The position numbers and the translations under genes were made by a program. The notes under the pieces were generated by a model. The model was not told the DNA's origin, ran no database searches, and worked only from the letters and a program-made list of their open reading frames with translations. This document shows positions 59,341-64,000 of a stretch of 64,000 nucleotides of DNA, one piece after another. Every line of letters begins with the position of its first letter. Within the stretch, counting starts at the first letter, position 1. Source of the stretch: an uncultured Actinomycetes bacterium (GTDB lineage Bacteria > Actinomycetota > UBA4738 > HRBIN12); contig OY969934.1 in the NCBI GenBank assembly GCA_963704725.1, positions 2,368,001 to 2,432,000 of the forward strand. The letters are read 5' to 3'.

Positions 59341-60153
59341 TCAGACGCTCCGGCGGTAGCGCCGGACGGCGAGCGGGGCAAACACGATGAGGATCCCGGC
59401 GATCCACGCGAGCGACTGCAGCACGTAGGTCGCGGTGTCCCCGCCCTGCATCAGCGCGCGCACCGCAGACGCGGTCACCGAGACGGGCTGGTGGTTCGCG
59501 AACGCCTGCAGCCAGCCCGGCATCGAGTCGACCGGGACGAACGCCGAGGACGCGAACACGAGCGGCGCGAGCACGGGGAAGGCGGCGGCCTGCGCGGTCT
59601 CCGGATCCCCCACCGTCAGCCCCACGAAGGCGAAGATCCACGCGAACGCGTAGCCGAACGCCAGCACCAGCGCCATGCCGGCGACGAAGCCCAGCGCGTT
59701 CGTGCCCACGCGGAACCCCACGGCGAACCCGACCGCCGTCATGAGCACCACGACGAAGACGTTGCGGGTGAGGTCGGCGAGCGTGCGGCCGGCCAGCACC
59801 GCCGAACGGGCCATCGGGAGCGAGTGGAACCGCTCGAGCAGCCCCGACTTCATGTCCGTGGCCAGGCCGATCGCCGCGGCCATCGAGCCGAAGACGATCG
59901 TCTGCACGAACACCCCCGGCATCAGGAAGTCGACGTACGAGATCCCGGGGACGCGGATCGCCCCTCCGAAGACGTACCGGAACAGCAGGACGAAGATCAC
60001 CGGCTGGATCGTCGAGAACACGAGCAGCTGGGGAACCCGGCGGTAGCCGATCAGGTTCCGCCAGGTGATGGCGATCGCGTCCCGAACGGCCCGTACCGGG
60101 GCGGGGCGGTGGTACTCGCGTTCGAACGTGAGGTCGATGGGGGTGGCGGTCAT
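59341..60153 (-). CDS. ABC-2 type (DrrB-like) permease
   Basis: QPVIFVLLFRYVFGG, D..SGLLERFHSLPM, MPGWLQ.FA..QP. Confidence 0.9.
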   Translation of the reverse strand: MTATPIDLTFEREYHRPAPVRAVRDAIAITWRNLIGYRRVPQLLVFSTIQPVIFVLLFRYVFGGAIRVPGISYVDFLMPGVFVQTIVFGSMAAAIGLATDMKSGLLERFHSLPMARSAVLAGRTLADLTRNVFVVVLMTAVGFAVGFRVGTNALGFVAGMALVLAFGYAFAWIFAFVGLTVGDPETAQAAAFPVLAPLVFASSAFVPVDSMPGWLQAFANHQPVSVTASAVRALMQGGDTATYVLQSLAWIAGILIVFAPLAVRRYRRSV

Positions 60154-61136
60154 GCGGCACCTCGTGCGGGTCGGGCTCCCTCGGGAGCTGGATCGGTCGG
60201 TTCGGTGCGGCGCCCGGTGAGCGCGAGGAACACGTCGTCCATGCTCGGCTCGCGCACGGCGAGCGTGGCCGGGACGAGGTCCTCGGCGTCGAGCGACCGC
60301 AGCACCTCGACGAGCGCGCCGGCGCCGTCCTCGCTCGTCAGTCGGAGCGTGGAGCCATCTCGCTCGGCGCGGTGGTCGAACCGCTGGGTCAGCAGCAGCT
60401 CGGCGCGCGTGGCGGCGGCGTGGTCCGCGAGCCCCATCTCGATGACGGTGCTGCCGAGCTGGGCCTTCAGCCGCTCCGGCGTGTCGTTGGCGATGAGGTG
60501 CCCGCCGTCGACGACGGCGATGCGGTCGGCCAGCCGGTCGGCCTCCTCCAGGTACTGCGTGGTGAGCAGCACCGTGGTGCCCTCGGCGACGAGCTCGCGG
60601 ATCATGTCCCACAGCTCGCCCCGGCTGTGCAGGTCGAGCCCGGTCGTCGGCTCGTCCAGGAACAGCACCGGCGGGCGCTGCACGAGCGCCGCGGCGATGT
60701 CGAGCCGCCTCCGCATGCCACCCGAGTAGGTCCGGGCCGGCCGGTCGGCGGCGTCGGCGAGCTCGAACCGCTCGAGCAGCTCGTCGGCGCGCGGGCGGAG
60801 CACGCTCTTCGGCAGCTGCGCGAGCCGGCCGACCAGGCGGAGGTTCTCGCGACCGGTCAGGTTGGGATCGACGGCCGCGTACTGCCCGGCCAGCCCGATC
60901 CGACGGCGGACCGCGTCGGGCTCGCGGGTCACGTCGCGCCCGAGGACGAAGCCCCGGCCGGCGTCCGGTCGCAGGACCGTGGCGAGGATCCGCACCGTGG
61001 TCGTCTTGCCCGCGCCGTTCGGCCCGAGCAGCCCGAACACGGTGCCGGTGGGCACCTCGAAGTCGACGCCGTCCAGGGCCGGCACGCTCGCGTACCGCTT
61101 GACCAGTCCCTCGACGACGATGCCGTTGTCGGTCAT
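60150..61136 (-). CDS. DrrA-like ABC exporter ATP-binding protein
   Basis: GPNGAGKTT, YSGGMRRRLD, LDEPTTGLD, LTTQYLEEAD. Confidence 0.92.
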   Translation of the reverse strand: MTDNGIVVEGLVKRYASVPALDGVDFEVPTGTVFGLLGPNGAGKTTTVRILATVLRPDAGRGFVLGRDVTREPDAVRRRIGLAGQYAAVDPNLTGRENLRLVGRLAQLPKSVLRPRADELLERFELADAADRPARTYSGGMRRRLDIAAALVQRPPVLFLDEPTTGLDLHSRGELWDMIRELVAEGTTVLLTTQYLEEADRLADRIAVVDGGHLIANDTPERLKAQLGSTVIEMGLADHAAATRAELLLTQRFDHRAERDGSTLRLTSEDGAGALVEVLRSLDAEDLVPATLAVREPSMDDVFLALTGRRTEPTDPAPEGARPARGAA

Positions 61137-61199
61137 GTCTGGCTCCTTCCGTGATCGCGGCGGGTCGCGCGATCGATCCCCGCACCCTACCAACGACCG

Positions 61200-61232
61200 T
61201 TGAGATGAGTCAAGATTTGAGCCAAGACAAAT
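61200..61232. promoter_or_regulatory. Tandem MarR operator candidates in AT-rich divergent promoter region
   Basis: TTGA-N6-TCAA (61200-61213) and ATTTG-N8-CAAAT (61215-61232). Confidence 0.5.
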
Positions 61233-61279
61233 ATGAAGGAATCATGAATGTCGAGAATGATCCGTGGTATGCTCGCCGC

Positions 61280-61774
61280 ATGGGCGCGCATGCGGCGGGT
61301 GAGGCGTGGCGGCTCATCTACCGGATCCTCGTCGAGGGCGAGGCGCACGACCGGATGAAGGAGGCGTGCGCGATCGCCGGTGTCTCACCCGGGATCTTGA
61401 AGACGCTCCTGCACCTGGAGCCCGGCACGGGCATCGCCATGCGCGATCTCTCCGAGCACTGGGGGGTGGACGCGTCCTGGATCACGAGCGTGGTGGACGA
61501 GCTCGAGACCCGAGGGCTGGCCAGGCGCCTCCCGCATCCGAGCGACCGCCGCGTGAGGATGGTGGCGCTCACCGATGAGGGAGTCGCCGTGAGGGATCAG
61601 GCACTCCATCTCGTCTTCGCTCCCCCGGCGTCGATGACCGCGTTGACCTCGGCGGAGCAGCGCCAGCTCCGCGACCTGCTCCGCAAGGTCGCCGCCGCGG
61701 ACCCCCGTCTGGGCCGGGAGCCCGGCCCCGCTCACGTGATCGCGGCGGCGAGCTCCTCGAAGTTGTCGACGTAG
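61280..61774 (+). CDS. MarR family regulator
   Basis: VDELETRGL..R.PHPSDRRV..VALT; TATGCT 6 nt before ATG. Confidence 0.88.
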   Translation: MGAHAAGEAWRLIYRILVEGEAHDRMKEACAIAGVSPGILKTLLHLEPGTGIAMRDLSEHWGVDASWITSVVDELETRGLARRLPHPSDRRVRMVALTDEGVAVRDQALHLVFAPPASMTALTSAEQRQLRDLLRKVAAADPRLGREPGPAHVIAAASSSKLST

Positions 61775-63102
61775 CGCGCCACGTCCTCGTCGGAGTGGAC
61801 GATCGAGCTCGTCCAGCTCTCCCACTTGGACCCGGGGCTCTTGAACACGCCGCGGTTGAGCTGCCACAGCCACGCGAGCTGCGGGACACGATCGTCGATC
61901 TCCCACAGGTCGCGGTACTCGTGGATCGGCTCCGGCCGCCAGTCGATCGACCCCTTCGCGCCGAGCAGCTTCATCGAGGCCGGGAGCCGGAACTTCTCGA
62001 TGACGCCGTTGCAGCGCTCGAATCCCGCGGTGATCCGGTCGAACGCGCCGTAGGCGTCTCTCGTCAGGACCTCGGTGAGGTTCACCTTCATCGCGGCCAT
62101 CGTGAGCGGGTTGCCGTTGAACGTGCCGACCTGCTCGAGCTCGCCGTTCACGATCATGGCCATCGCGTCCTCGGTGCCGCCGATCGCGCCGCACGGCAGT
62201 CCCCCGCCGATCGCTTTCGCCAGGCACACGAGGTCGGGCACCACGCCGAACGCCTCGACCGCGCCGCCCCACGCGAGCGTGCATCCCGTCTTCACCTCGT
62301 CGAACGCGAGCAGCGCCCCGTTCGCGTGGCAGGCGTCCTTCAGCTCCGCGAGGTACCCGGGGTCGGGCAGCACCAGGCCGCAGTTCGTCATCGCCGGCTC
62401 GACGATCATCCCGGCGATCTCGCCCGGGTGCTCCTCGAAGGCGCGACGGACGGCCGCCGCGTCGTTGAACGGGACGCAGATCACCTGCTCGACGATGCCG
62501 CGCGGCATGCCAAGCGTCTGCGGCACGGACGCGGGGTGCTCGCGAGGCCCGGCCGCCTCGCGCGGCGGGAACACGCTCACCATGAGCGAGTCGTGGTGGC
62601 CGTGGTACGTGCCCTCGACCTTCAGCAGCGTCGTCCGCCCGGTCAGCGCGCGCATGATCCGCGTGGCGTCGAGCGTGGCCTCGGTCCCGGAGTTGCCGAA
62701 CCGCCACAGCGGCAGGCCGAAGCGCTCGGCCAGGTTATCCGCGCACGCGAGCGCGTCCTCGGTCGGCTGCGCGAAGTGCGTGCCGAGCTCGACGCGACGT
62801 TGCACCGCCTCGACCACCTTGGGATGGGCGTGGCCCATGACCATGACGCCGTAGCCGCTGTGGTAGTCGACGTACTCGTTGCCGTCGAGGTCCCACACCC
62901 GCGAGCCCGCGCCGCGACTCACGTAGATCGGGTGCGGCGGCCATTCCTGCCAGGACGAGCTCACGCCGCCCGGCAGCCGCGTCCTGGCGACCTCCCGGTA
63001 CTCGAGCGAGCGGCGGTGCTTCTCGTCGAGTGCGGCGGTCTCCTCCTTGATGAGCCGCTCGACGAGCTCGAGATCGATCTGAACATGGTCCTTCGCGGAC
63101 AT
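61732..63102 (-). CDS. Class-III aminotransferase, glutamate-1-semialdehyde aminomutase-like
   Basis: NSGTEAT, YHGH.D, FDEVKTG, AKAIGGGLP, GTFNGNPL. Confidence 0.85.
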   Translation of the reverse strand: MSAKDHVQIDLELVERLIKEETAALDEKHRRSLEYREVARTRLPGGVSSSWQEWPPHPIYVSRGAGSRVWDLDGNEYVDYHSGYGVMVMGHAHPKVVEAVQRRVELGTHFAQPTEDALACADNLAERFGLPLWRFGNSGTEATLDATRIMRALTGRTTLLKVEGTYHGHHDSLMVSVFPPREAAGPREHPASVPQTLGMPRGIVEQVICVPFNDAAAVRRAFEEHPGEIAGMIVEPAMTNCGLVLPDPGYLAELKDACHANGALLAFDEVKTGCTLAWGGAVEAFGVVPDLVCLAKAIGGGLPCGAIGGTEDAMAMIVNGELEQVGTFNGNPLTMAAMKVNLTEVLTRDAYGAFDRITAGFERCNGVIEKFRLPASMKLLGAKGSIDWRPEPIHEYRDLWEIDDRVPQLAWLWQLNRGVFKSPGSKWESWTSSIVHSDEDVARYVDNFEELAAAIT

Positions 63103-63120
63103 GCCATCCCCTCGTTTCGG

Positions 63121-64000
63121 TTATGGGTTCGCGCTCGCGAGCAGGTCGTCGAGGATGTCCCCGATCCTGCCGACGCGAGCGACAGGTGGCCGTGTTCGGG
63201 ATGCAGGTGCGCCCGCGCGGTCGGGACGTGCCCGGTCAGCCACTGACCGTGCGCGAACGGCACCATGAGGTCCTGTGCTCCCTGCCAGATCGACACCGGG
63301 ACCTCGATCGACGCGAGGTCGAACCCCCAGGGAGCGACGAAGGCCAGGTCGTCGTCGCGCCAGCCCCACAGCCCGTTCCGGAACGCCTCGCGGAACGAGG
63401 CCGCGAGGAGCTCGCCGAACTCGCCGGACAGCGAGGCCTCGTCGACCATCGAGATGATCGTGCGGAGCTCGCCCACGATCTGCTCGGGCGTGATCGAGGC
63501 CATCACCTCGGCTTGGGGCCGCATCCACTCGAGGTGGGCGTCGGGGTTCGAGGCCGCGAGCGGGTATTCGATCTGGTTCTCCTCCCCCATCCCCGCCGTC
63601 CAGTCGAGGCCCTCGGCGTCGTACGGCGCCACGCCGGCGATCGTGGCCGCGGCGAGCACGCGCTCGGGCAGGAGCGCGGCGCACGCGATCGCGTGCGGGC
63701 CGCCGCCGGACCATCCCGCGGTGAGGAACCGGTCGACGCCGAGATGATCGGCGAGCGCCGCCACGTCCTTCGCGCAGTCGGCGACCGTGCGTCCCTCGTG
63801 CCTCGAGGACCCGCCGAACCCCGGCCGCGAGTACGTCACGAGGCGGATCCCGCGCTCGGCCGCGGCGCCGTCGAACGTCCCGAACGGCACCGCGGCCCCC
63901 GGGCTGCCGTGATGGAAGACCAGCAGCGTGCCGGCCGGGTCGCCCTCGGAGAGGGCCTGCAGCGCCCGCCCGTCGTCGAGCGTGACGGTGATCGGCGCTG
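63121..64000 (-). CDS. Alpha/beta hydrolase; start lies beyond the window, apparent frameshift ~63175
   Basis: FHHGSPG, GWSGGG nucleophile, WQG.QD, HGHLS; plausible C-terminus VGRIGDILDDLLASANP in the adjacent frame. Confidence 0.85.
   Translation of the reverse strand, partial: SADHRHARRRAGAAGPLRGRPGRHAAGLPSRQPGGRGAVRDVRRRRGRARDPPRDVLAAGVRRVLEARGTHGRRLREGRGGARRSSRRRPVPHRGMVRRRPARDRVRRAPARARARRGHDRRRGAVRRRGPRLDGGDGGGEPDRIPARGLEPRRPPRVDAAPSRGDGLDHARADRGRAPHDHLDGRRGLAVRRVRRAPRGLVPRGVPERAVGLARRRPGLRRSLGVRPRVDRGPGVDLAGSTGPHGAVRARSVADRARPDRAGAPASRTRPPVARVGRIGDILDDLLASANP

Noticed and set aside
61732-61774. Convergent 3' overlaps (also 4204-4250) as antisense regulation
   Set aside because: Common in high-GC genomes through stop-codon scarcity; no further evidence

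Overview
High-GC Actinomycetota-like chromosomal DNA, probably a metagenome or long-read assembly, since several single-base frameshifts fall in otherwise intact genes. 1-11.2 kb: BMP-type nucleoside ABC components, an orphan PAS/GAF histidine kinase, two tandem lipoprotein phosphoesterases, isocitrate dehydrogenase, a TolB-repeat/RTX protein, DUF1684 and DUF488. A tRNA-Glu(CTC) at 11270-11345 borders a genomic island. Its core is a translationally coupled three-gene operon (replication-relaxation protein, 71-aa acidic ORF, large serine recombinase), and the recombinase C-terminus is read from the antisense strand of the tRNA. The island carries an internally deleted IS481-type element, two intact IS3-family elements that hit the promoter side and the coding region of one small Cys-rich secreted gene, a membrane protein and a vapBC pair; its right end was not found. 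22-32 kb: VOC/DHFR, MFS, arsR-arsP-thioredoxin, an ECF41 sigma factor with divergent cognate promoters, and a Cys-rich HTH regulator facing a secreted triple-His repeat protein, folE, a RibD-like reductase and OsmC. 32-64 kb is mostly metabolic: F420-LLM/dihydropyrimidinase/mmsA, amidase, gltX, FAH proteins, an AlkZ/YcaQ-like glycosylase, glutamine-synthetase-like and saccharopine-dehydrogenase-like genes, two back-to-back TA operons, a P450, a BHMT-like methyltransferase with sarcosine oxidase, rocD, DrrAB/MarR and a class-III aminotransferase. No CRISPR array or rRNA was seen. All family assignments come from motif recognition by eye, not database searches.
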